NCBI GenBank assembly: GCA_965649765.1
Contig: OZ287761.1
Location: 3,596,001 to 3,660,000, forward strand
DNA length: 64,000 bases
Source of the DNA: Bispira polyomma
Lineage: Eukaryota
Direction of reading: 5' to 3'
The notes beneath the pieces were generated by a model that saw only the letters and a list, made by a program, of their open reading frames with translations, did no database searches and was not told the DNA's origin. Made by a program: the position numbers and the translations under genes. Of this stretch, positions 13,368 through 25,300 are shown piece by piece. How positions within the stretch are numbered: the stretch's first letter is position 1; each line of letters begins with the position of its first letter.

Positions 13368-16300
13368 AACAGGCTGGGTATGGGTTGGGAAGAAAACGGT
13401 AACACACACAGAAACAAAGCTGACACTTCGCAGGCTTATAAACACACATATCAATATACAGGGGTGGACAGCTTAGTGGACGCAACAGCCATAGCAAACA
13501 GTAACTTTAAATATAAATATTTTATCCATTTAACAAGTAATCTGACCCACTTTGGATGCAAAGTCTGTAAGAAAATGAAACTAGTGTTATATTTACTCTA
13601 TATTTTACAGATTACTTTTAAATGGAACAAATTTTATATTTCAAGTTACTGTCTGTTATGGCTCTCCTGTCCACTCAGCTGTCCAACCCTGTACTCTCAG
13701 ATACTACAAGTATAACATAAGGAATCTAAAATTTCAAACTGTATTTAAATTCGCCCCATCCTAAAATTTAAGCCAACTCAATTAGAACAATTAAAACAGG
13801 GCAAAAAATAACTGGACTTTACGTGAGTAAGGCCAAATAGTCACAAAAAATCTCAATTTCAGCAAGTATTACCCTCAATTCTTCCAAAAAACACCAACAT
13901 TTACTAGGTAGATAATTTTAGATTCCTTGCTCTATATACACTTGAATGCTTTTATAGTTAAACCACTTTAAGTCGAATGTCAATGTACGAAAATAAATAC
14001 CTCTACTTTAGCAGGATTTCCACTTAACAGAATAGATTTCAAAGTAACAGGCCTTTTGCTTGGTCCACTTATATGAACACTATCCTTGTTTTTGTCAGAA
14101 CATCAAGCCATGCTCTAAATGATAAAATATTTTACTGCTCAATAAATAAACCAAAATTAACTTGATAAACAACAAAACCAATTTTTCCCATGAAATGAAG
14201 CAAATTAAATTTTTTATAAACAAAATGTATACCCTAAATGCTTTCAAAATCTTGACATGATGTGTGTAGCAAATGGGATAAAAATAAGAAGAAAGAGAAT
14301 AATAGTGGTGTAAAAATACATGGATTTAAAAGTACAAAAGCTAGAACACAAAAGACATTACCAGAGGCATTCTAACTAAAGCTCACACTAAATAGATATA
14401 TCTTTACAACAGAACAGAGGTGTCAGATTCACAAACAATCTTTTTTTATTGGTTACGGTTTGAATTTCTTGATACAAAAAGAAAGAACTTAAATTTAGAA
14501 TTTAGTCAGGTGTTCACGTCCTATCTGAAACCACTGTGTAAATCACCTGACAAATTTTCTTACATGAAGGAACGAACAGGGATTGAAACCCACATATTGG
14601 GGAGAGGCCTGTGATTATGAAACAAACATCTGTCACCACTAGGGCCACTGCAACCCCCACATATATGCTATGGTACGTACCACTTGTTAGAATTAAAAGC
14701 AATCAGATTGCTTCAAGTTTGATTAGCCAATAAAATATCTGGATACAAATACACAAGTGTAAAAAGCTTAGAATGCAATCTCAATTTAGCAGTAAGAATG
14801 TTTGCGAATCCGAGTCTAAGGGTGATATTCAGAAAGAATCCTTAGAATTTTTTTTAAATGTTTAAGAATGTTTTTGAGTGGCATACCAAGACAGACATAA
14901 AGGCAGAGATTCTCTTACTTGACACGTGAGGTAGGCGTTCTATGATCTTACTCAGCTGGTCGCCCACTAATTGCTCATATTCCTGCTTTTCCTTTAGATA
15001 CTGCCCGGGCACGTAGCCCTCCCGCTTATCGAACACTTTCCTCACCATCCACCAATCCTCCATTGTGGCGTCCAGTAATTCTAGCTTCTCCCCTTCATGA
15101 AGAGAGAGCACGTCATCCGACTCCGGTTCGTAAGCAGTGACGGCGATGTACACATTTGCGTCGTCTGCCGACGTAGTCAAACTAGCAGCGGAGGTGTTGG
15201 GTGGGTACATGACATACTCTTCCTGTGTTTTGATTGGTCGGTGATAACTGGGTGAGTGTAGAGGAGGGAGGGACTCACTCCTTCGTTCTATCGGGGACAT
15301 TGGACCCGAGGGTGGCCTTATGGCCAAGAGAGAAACATTTGGCGAAGAAGTCTGCATAGGGAAACTATCCAAACTATCTGTCAACGTTTTCTTTGTTAAC
15401 GTAGTTTGCTCCTTTTCACGCGTCCTGCTGGATTCACTGAGCCCAGTATCTGTGTGTACCTCTGTTTTCTCCTCTATGGACACGTCCCCGAATTCTGACA
15501 GTGACATGGTGACGGTCTTCACTTCCGTCACTTTGGTTTCGATGGAGATCTCATCAAAAGTTTCCCGTTCGTCCACTTTGACGGATTTATCCACTTCCTG
15601 GGAGAACTGCATTAGCGCCTCGGGATCTATCTGCGGAGGTAGCGGAGGCACATTACCAGAAGTCACACTGAAGACGTTATCATCTGCATATGGTTGAATC
15701 TCAAGCGGTCCTTGTACTACTTCTAGGTCTACCTGTGGTTCCTGGTTATCTTTGTCTTGTTCCGTTGTGGGACTGAGAACGACCCTGACAATGGGTGGTA
15801 TATCTGCTGAATCTGCTGTCATGTCTTCTCTGATTGGTTCCTCGTCCTTGTATCTATCTGATAAATCTTTTTTGATTGGTTCCTTATCCGGTACTTCCTT
15901 TCCTCCACTTGCAAAAGCCTTTTTGAATGGTTGTTTATCTGGTACTTCCTTTCCTCCACTTGTTAAATCCTCTCTGATTGGTTGCTTATCCTGTATATCC
16001 TTTCCTCTACTTGTTACAGCCTCTCTGATTGGCCCCTTATGCTTTAAACTGATTGGATCCTCCTCCTCCTCTTCCTCAATGTTAGACAACAGAAGCCCCC
16101 TTCCTTCATCTGTAGCACTAAGCTGTTCATACTCACTTTCTAAGTCAAACTTCATGGACTTTCTGTTCAATGCCACATAATCATCATCTTCATCGGATTC
16201 TGAGCTTGATTCGGAGGCATCTGTTATACAGAGCTTCAGGCTACCTTCTTGACCCAATTGCTGTAAAGCTTCGTACTCATTCGCACTGTCATCTTTTGTG

Positions 16301-19300
16301 CTTTCATCCAAGGACTTATACTGGTGAAACCACTTGTTTGGATGTTCTTTGAGATCATCTTCTTTACCTGCTTTCTCCACCTCTTCTACACGCTCAACAT
16401 GGTCCACTGGCGTAAATACATCATCTATGTCTCCTTCCTTTGTCCTACTTTTCGAATTGAGAGTCTCCTCCTGCTCAAAACTCTCAGTCGACTTTGTGGC
16501 ATCAAGCACATCATCCACACTACCGTAGAACCTCGCCAGTGAGGACCGCCAGTTCTTCTTGGGGATCACTTCTGTCCCTTCAGCCAGAATGTCCTCCAGC
16601 TGTGACTGCCTCCTTTTCACCTCTTCCGCCGAAGCCTGCTGATGTTGGAACTCTTCGGTGATGGAAAAGAAGTCCCTCTCCTTGATAGTTTCCTGTGTAG
16701 TGTCGCTCTCCGATACCTCGGGAGATTCCTGTTGACCTACTTTCACCGAAGGTTCCGTTTTTACGGAATCATGGCTGTCGCCACTACTGGATGAGCCTGT
16801 TGCCTCCTTGGAAACCTTCTTTTTGTCATCTGGTTTGGCTTTTCTGTCATGAATGATGTCCACATACACTGTCTTGTCTGTATCTATCACTGTTACCATC
16901 CCCACCTTTTCTTTGGCAAGTCTGGGACTCAGTTCGATATAATTCAACTCTTCGTACTCATTCACAGTATCATCTTTCGTGGTTTCGTCTAATGATTTAT
17001 ACTTGCCAAACCATTTGTTTGGATTTTCTTTGATCTCATCCGTTTTTCTTTCCTCTGGTTGTTTAGCATCTTTTAAACTGGGCAAGATTTTGATATAGTC
17101 GGGTACTTTTCTGGACGGAGTCTCGAGGGATTTCACCTCCTTTTGCTGCACGGCGGTTTTAGCAGGGCCTACGGTGACGGATTCCGTGTGGTACGTTTCC
17201 TTGGTTTCCTTAATCTGAGGTTTGTCCAGTTTAAACATTTTGACACTAGTGGACTTAGCTTTGAATTCTGGAACATACAAAAGGTGAACGAAAAAGGGAA
17301 AACGTGCATGGTATAAACAACGCAGATGTAAAACAAACAACCCAAAACTAGAACTAAACAAAATCAAACTTAAAAAACAAAACGTTTAAGACTTATACAT
17401 GGTCTTTTAAATACAGGAGCCATATATATTCACAAAAGGTCTTAGTCTTAACTTAGTCTTAATATTTAAGTCTAAAATATTTAAGACTGCCTGCTGTTAG
17501 TCTTAGTATTAACAGTCATGTTAACAATAAACACAAATTTGTTTTCTTACTGTCAGTGGGACTAAATCCAAATTCTCAATGGGGGTCAAAATAGAAGGCC
17601 AAAAGCTTTAGACTAAATCAAGACCTTTTGCGAATATGGCCCCTGGGGTTTACATCATACATTGCAACTTTTACGTATAAACACACATTAATGTAGCAGT
17701 CATATGTAAAATGTTACAGAAAATAAATCTTTGGGTTCATGCTAAATCCAAATTCTACAAACACAAAATACTCAATACATGCTTTTTTAACCTTTTCCGC
17801 GTCGAAATAAATAAGCTTCTCCAACTTCTAAAATTTAAGTTTTTTGTTGTTATAAGGGGGTAAACTGTGTATGGCTAACGCAAAACAAATGTCTTCTTAC
17901 CTTGAATAGTCATATCAGTGCTGTCTTCGGAAACTTCTTGCTTTGTTTGAACAAATCTACAAATTAAAATTTATACAGTAAAAATCTCTATTATCCAAAC
18001 TTCTGTTATCTGAATTTGTAAAATTTATTGAATTTTATTGCAATTAGAATTTTTATAAGTAAAATTCCTACCAAATCCTAACATATGCTATTATTGCATT
18101 TGCCAGGAGTCAGCTCGATCGTAATAAAAAATGACAACACTACCTAAGCCGACCTCTTTAGTACACACAATTAATTAGGTCATGACCCCAAATATAGACC
18201 AGGCGGGAGCAATTGTCTTTATTTACAAGATTGACATCAACTCAAACCTCTATTATCCGAACTTATTTTATCTGAATATTCACTTATACAACTATGTCCT
18301 TTCAAATGTGCTGCCTCATGGGCAGTCACTATGGGCACCAAGGCTTCCTTAGGATGTCCATTTATCAACATCCCAAAGAATCTTTAATCTGCAACTGGAG
18401 ATAGTACTCAGTGACAGAGGACCACCATATTAGGTGGTCATCCGAGCCACAAGGCAAACTTGTGTTCACATCTTGCCCAAGGATGTTATCCCACCAAATG
18501 AAACTTGCTGTCGATACCGTGAATAGAACCAACACCCTAAATACCAGTGACCTTATATACGTTACGGTAGGAATACTCACTCGATACTGGTCTCCACCGT
18601 TTCACTGGGGGCTGTAAAATAACAAATAGAAAACCGAAAAGTATTACAACTCAGTTTTACAACAACAACATTACATCAAAGAAATTCTCTATGACTTAAA
18701 TTTGCTCTCATAATAGTTTGCTAGATTTTCAAACTAAATGAAATGCTTGCCAGATTTTATGTTCGATGAAACGAACGCTCATTAATTTCACTGGAGTTAC
18801 ATTTATATCAAATTATAGCTTTAGTTTACTTATACATACTTTGACTAAGAATTTAATTTTTTTTTTTAAATTTTAGACTGCATTATATGGTCATATATGT
18901 TACCAGATGGTTCTGGAACCTTTGTTGTTTTTTTTTGAGTAATATTATAGTTTAGCATGTAAAACATCATTAACTTTTTATAAACATTGACATTTTATTA
19001 AACTTATTGTTATTTAAAATTATTGTAATAAACAATAACATTTTGTTGCTTTATGTTATAGTAATTGTTTGAAAAATTGGAAAGAGAAAAGAAAAGATGC
19101 AATAGGAGGGAATATGGGTGGACAGATGCAGAAATCAGGACAAAACACTGGAATATGGGAGGAAAGATGCAGAAATCACAACAAATCACATCAAGAAAAC
19201 AGGATGTTTGGAAACAATCAACTTGTATACTGTACAGTAAAGGGAGTATATGTTGAAATAGTACACATTTTGATTCTTGTAACTGGAACCAGTATAAACC

Positions 19301-22300
19301 GAATGTCTCCAGGACTGGAACCAATTTTTTTCTGGTTCTTTTTATAAAACCACAGTATATGGTTCTACTCCTAATTTGGTTCTACTCCTAATTTAAAACT
19401 AGTCTATTTTAAGTGTTGGGACCACAAAAATTGACTCTAGTTGACTCTGGCAAGATTTGACTTGCACTGGTTCTAGTTACAGAAAGAATCTGCTGTATAT
19501 GTGTACACAGAGGTAATAAGGGTAAACACAAACAAGCGCGCTTGTATGTATGCATTAAATATGTACAAAACAAATGCAAAATGCAGTTGCAAATCTGGTA
19601 GATGGCATCGACATCAGAGAAACCTACAACAAACACAGGGTCATGCATTAAACTGTATAAACAAAATGAACAACATGAGATAAGGTGAACCACACACAAT
19701 ATAATGCAAAACACACATATGTGTATACTAGATCTAAGAACAAAGTCTCGCCTTAGCCGGTTTGTAGAGGCATCAGGGCTGGTATTCTCGAACATTTACT
19801 CAGCTCAAACTCATAGTCAACTTAAATCTGGATTCTCTATAACTCTGAATACAGTAGAAATATTTGACTTTAAATCTGAAATCTGACTTGATATTTGAAT
19901 TCAGGGTTAAAATCTTTATTAAAATGAATGGTCACAAGTATAGGTTATTTCCATGTACAATGCTTTCCACATGGCTTATATTATATTAGTTAAGTATGAG
20001 TTTAAGCTGAGTATACATATGTGAATACGGCCCCAGGAACCTGAAAGAAACACAAGGTGTCACGCATTACCTCTGAACAAACATTTAAAGGATCTGAAAT
20101 GGTACCAAAAGAAAATGGTACTAATAAAAACAAGTATGTATAGATATGTAACCACAATCAAATGACAGCAATGTTATATTAATAAAACAATCCATGTATC
20201 AGTGTTAAATCAAAGGTAAAAGGGAGGTATAACCTTCAAAAACAAGACTTCCTGCGTACATTTCTAGAATTCACTAGACCTAGGGGGACGGCACTCAAAT
20301 TCTAATGCTTTGATACAGTAGGAAGAACTATTTTCAATATGGACGTGCCCTGTCATCAGTGAATTCTATAGAATTTTACCCCCTTGCTGCAAAGAATACA
20401 ACACGAAAACAAACTATTTTACATTCATTGTAGATACCAAAAGTCAAACTTTTTTTGTTTAAAAAAATAGTTTCCGTCACTTTAAAAAAAACAAAAAACA
20501 CACGCTCAAACACACATCATGCACAAAACGGGAGCATGCACGTCTCCATGCCAACAAACGAGGGAGGGGATCTCCATCATTTCCATTGCATTTCTTTTTA
20601 CCTTCCTGGGTTGTGAAGTCCATGGTGACTTGAGCAGATTCAGAAGTCAGAACGGACTCTTCAGATACCTTTGCCTCCTCAGTGACGGCAACCTCTGTAG
20701 CCGACGGCGCTGTCACCATGGAGACATCGGTTAGGTCCATAACAACCTCCGACGTGACGTCTTGCTGAGCTGTCACTAGGGTTTCTTCTGGTTTCTCAGC
20801 AGCCGCTGTGTCCATGGTACTGGGAACTATTTCCTCCGGTTTGACGACCTCCTCACTTGGTTTCTCCATCTCCTCCTTGGCTTTCTCTTCCTGCTCCACT
20901 ACCATCTGTTCTTCAACCAAAACCTTGGTCAATTCGAGTTTAGTAGCAGTTTCTTCCTCCCTCACTAGCTCACCCAATTCGGCTGTTTCTGTTGTTGCAG
21001 GTTTAGTACCTTCCTCCGTAACTTCCATACTCACTGTGGTTTCTTGTGGCAAGGCCATAACCTCGGATTTCGGTTTGACCTCGGCGGTAGATGTTTCCAT
21101 GGTGATTTCGAAAGATGTGGCGGATTCAGAAGTGGCTTCTTTTGTGCCTTCGCTTACCAGTTCAATTTTCATCTCTGCTTCTTGCTGGGAAATAAGCGCT
21201 TCAGATTTAGGCCTTATTTCTGCCGTAATCGTTTCTCCAACAACCTCGCTTGGTTCAGTGGCTTCAGAAGAGACAGGAGTGACTCCTTCAGTGGTCAATT
21301 CGATCTGCATTTGTGCCTCCTGAAGACCAATCTGAGTGCTAGGTTGGACTTCCATGGTCACTGTGGAGATTTCTTTGGTAATCTCTTGGGCAGCAACAGT
21401 TTCTGATGTCTCTTCAAACGTCTCTTCTTGTGTTTGCTCTGGGGAAACCCTACCTGCCTGTTCCTGCACCAGAACTTCTGTTGGTTCGTTCTTTGTCATC
21501 TCTGTTACTGTGGGAACATCAGTTTCTTCGGGTGCCACAGTCATGCCTGTTATTTCAGAAATACCTTCTTTGATATCTTCGGGCTTCAGCTGGGCCTGCT
21601 GTTCTTCAGACAGAACTTCGGATTTCGGTTTGACCTCGGCAGTGGATGTTTCCATGGTGATTTCATAAGAAGTCGCGGATTCAGAGGTGGCTTCTTTCGT
21701 GCCTTCGCTTACCAGTTCAATTTTCATCTCTGCTTCTTGCTGAGAAATAAGCGCTTCAGATTTAGGCTTTATTTCTGCTGTAATTGTTTCTGCAACAACC
21801 TCGCTTGGTTCAGTGGCTTCGGAAGAGACAGGAGTGACTCCTTCAGCGGTCAATTCAATCTGCATTTGTGCCTCCTGAAGACCAATCTGAGTGCTAGGTT
21901 GGACTTCCATGGTCACTGTAGAGATTTCTTTGGTAATCTCTTGGGCAGCAACAGTTTCTGATGTCTCTTCAAACGTCTCTTCTTGTGTTTGCTCTGGGGA
22001 AACCCTACCTGCCTGTTCCTGCACCAGAACTTCTGTTGGTTCGTTCTTTGTCATCTCTGTTACTGTGGGAACATCAGTTTCTTCGGGTGCCACAGTCATG
22101 CCTGTTATTTCAGAAATACCTTCTTTGATATCTTCGGGCTTTAGCTGGGCCTGCTGTTCTTCAGACAGAACTTCGGATTTCGGTTTGACCTCGGCAGTGG
22201 ATGTTTCCATGGTGATTTCGTAAGAAGTCGCGGATTCAGAGGTGGCTTCTTTCGTGCCTTCGCTTACCAGTTCAATTTTCATCTCTGCTTCTTGCTGGGA

Positions 22301-25300
22301 AATAAGCGCTTCAGATTTAGGCTTTATTTCTGCCGTAATTGTTTCTGCAACAACCTCGCTTGGTTCAGTGGCTTCGGAAGAGACAGGAGTGACTCCTTCA
22401 GCGGTCAATTCGATCTGCATTTGTGCCTCCTGAAGACCAATCTGAGTGCTAGGTTGGACTTCCATGGTCACTGTGGAGATTTCTTTGGTAATCTCTTGGG
22501 CAGCAACAGTTTCTGATGTCTCTTCAAACGTCTCTTCTTGTGTTTGCTCTGGGGAAACCCTACCTGCCTGTTCCTGCACCAGAACTTCTGTTGGTTCGTT
22601 CTTTGTCATCCCTGTTACTGTGGGAACATCAGTTTCTTCGGGTGCCACAGTCATACCTGTTATTTCAGAAATACCTTCTTTGATATCTTCGGGCTTTAGC
22701 TTGGCCTGCTGTTCTTCAGACAAAACTTCGGATTTCGGTTTGACCTCGGCAGTGGATGTTTCCATGGTGATTTCGTAAGAAGTCGCGGATTCAGAGGTGG
22801 CTTCTTTCGTGCCTTCGCTTACCAGTTCAATTTTCATCTCTGCTTCTTGCTGGGAAATAAGCGCTTCAGATTTAGGCTTTATTTCTGCCGTAATTGTTTC
22901 TGCAACAACCTCACTTGGTTCAGTGGCTTCGGAAGAGACAGGAGTGACTCCTTCAGCGGTCAATTCGATCTGCATTTGTGCCTCCTGAAGACCAATCTGA
23001 GTGCTAGGTTGGACTTCCATGGTCACTGTGGAGATTTCTTTGGTAATCTCTTGGGCAGCAACAGTTTCTGATGTCTCTTCAAACGTCTCTTCATGTGTTT
23101 GCTCTGGGGAAACCCTACCTGCCTGTTCCTGCACCAGAACTTCTGTTGGTTCATTCTTTGTCATCTCTGTTACTGTGGGAACATCAGTTTCTTCGGGTGC
23201 CACAGTCATGCCTGTTATTTCAGAAATGCCTTCTTTGATATCTTCGGGCTTCAGCTGGGCCTGCTGTTCTTCGGACAGAACTTCCAAGGGAAGCTTCTTG
23301 GCTGCGACATCTGTCTCGGGTGCAACTTGTCCCGGTTCAACGGATTCGGGGGCATCTTTGAATTCCTCTGGTTCTGTTTCCTCAGGTTTCACTTCACCGG
23401 ACTGGATTGTAACCAGGGTTACTGGTTTTACTTGAGCTTCAGCTGTTGTTGTGGCTTGGTCAATTTCATGAGGGGAGACAGCTTCCTCCGTCACCTTTTC
23501 TTCAGAAGGTGCCACCTGTTCCGGTTCAACTTCATCAATGATCTCCTTGGTCTGGGTTGCTTCTGGTAGTTGAACATCGGCAGTGCTGATTTCTAAAACA
23601 ACATTTTCTTCTGTTACCTGTTCTGTGGTAGTCTCATTCAGTCCCTCTGTAACTAACTCTGCCTTCAGTTCCGCTTGCTGCATTTCAACCTGGACCTCCG
23701 GTTTCACCGAAACTTCTGTCGTTCCCAATTCCATGGAAACCTCATCCACTGGAGCCGTTTCACCAACTGGTACGACAACATCTTCAGAAATGACCTCAGA
23801 CTTCAGCTCAGCTTGCTGAGTTTGAATCTGGGTTGTTGGTTTCACTTTTATTTCAGCTGTCACTGTTTCTTCAGGAATATTTCCTTCTTCTGCAATTTCT
23901 CCCACCTGTATCACAACTTCCTCAGAGATTACCTCGGGCTTCACTTGGGTTTCCTGTGGCTGAATCTGAGTTACAGGTTTGATTTTAACTTCGGCTGTAA
24001 TCGTTTCTTCTTGTATTTTCCCTTCCTCTGCAACTTCACCAACCTGCATAACAATTTCTTCAGAAACAATTTCCTGTTTCAGTTCAGTTTCCTGTGCCTG
24101 AATCTGTGTTTCGGGTTTAACTTCAATGTCTGCAGTCACCGTTTCCTGTGGTATTTTGGCTTCCTCTGCGATCTCACCAAATTGCACCTCTATACCATCG
24201 GATATGACCTCTGTTTTCACCTCAGCCTGCTGCATCTGAATCTGTGTTTCCTGTTTAATCCTCACTTCAGCGGTTACCGTCTCTTCCAGTATCTTCCTTT
24301 CCTCTGCGACCTCTCCAGTGGCTTTCTGGATCTCTTCAGTCACGGTCTCCGTGGAGAAATCCCCCTTAATTACCATTGTCTGCTGTTGCGGCTGAATCTG
24401 GAGCTCTGCCAAGGACGTCTTTCTGGATGTGTCCACCATCTCCGCAGTTTCACTAGCCTCCGGAACAATCTCCGAGGTCATGGTCAAATCTACTTCCGAC
24501 TTCTGGATTTCCACTTGCACGGTCTCTTGGGACTTGACATCAGCAGTGGAAATTTCTGTCGCAATTTCGGCAGATTTCACCTGGTCAGGCTTTGGTTCGG
24601 TCACTTCGTCCGTGACCCCTTCCACCCTGAGGTGTACGACTTGAGGCAACACAGTGGTCTCCTGTTTACTCTCCATGGTGATCGTGGATGTGTGCACTTG
24701 CGTGTCGGACTCCATTGCTCTCACCTGAGTTTCTCCAGATATCTCCAGGGTAACCTGGGATGTATCCAGGGTCACCGGTTGCATAGCCACCTGCTCGGCG
24801 GTGGGTGCGGCAATACCCAGTGACGTCGTTTCTATGACAGTCTCGGTTTTCTGCGGCTCTGCTTTGACAGTGGTCGCCTCTCTTGTGCCTGTAGAAATCT
24901 GCAGTGTGACTTCTTCTCCTTCAATCATTTCCCGAGTCACAGACTCGATCTCAGCCTTTGCCATCTCCATGGTAACTTGAGCTAAAAATGAAGTACATCG
25001 TGAATTTAATGCAAAACTTGAAAAAAAATTCCACGAATGAAAAGTTGATTATCTAGTCTATAACCACATATCAAAAATTTTTAACTAAAGTAACAGGCTT
25101 TTTGCAAAACCATTGTGTGAAGAGAAAAAATAAAAACTAGTAAAAATATTTAAAAATAAAAAAAGGATCAAGGAAGAACTAGTGAAAATCTTTAACATGC
25201 GTCTCATTTCTGAATATAAAGTACAAGATTATCAATGTAATATCACTATGAAAAAAAAGTTACTATTAAGCACATATAACTGATATTATTACATCATATG

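Noticed and set aside
14919-15153. Obscurin/UNC-89 assignment from the SH3 domain
   Set aside because: No DH-PH domains follow the SH3; Ig domains do. Gene symbol left blank because orthology cannot be tested here.
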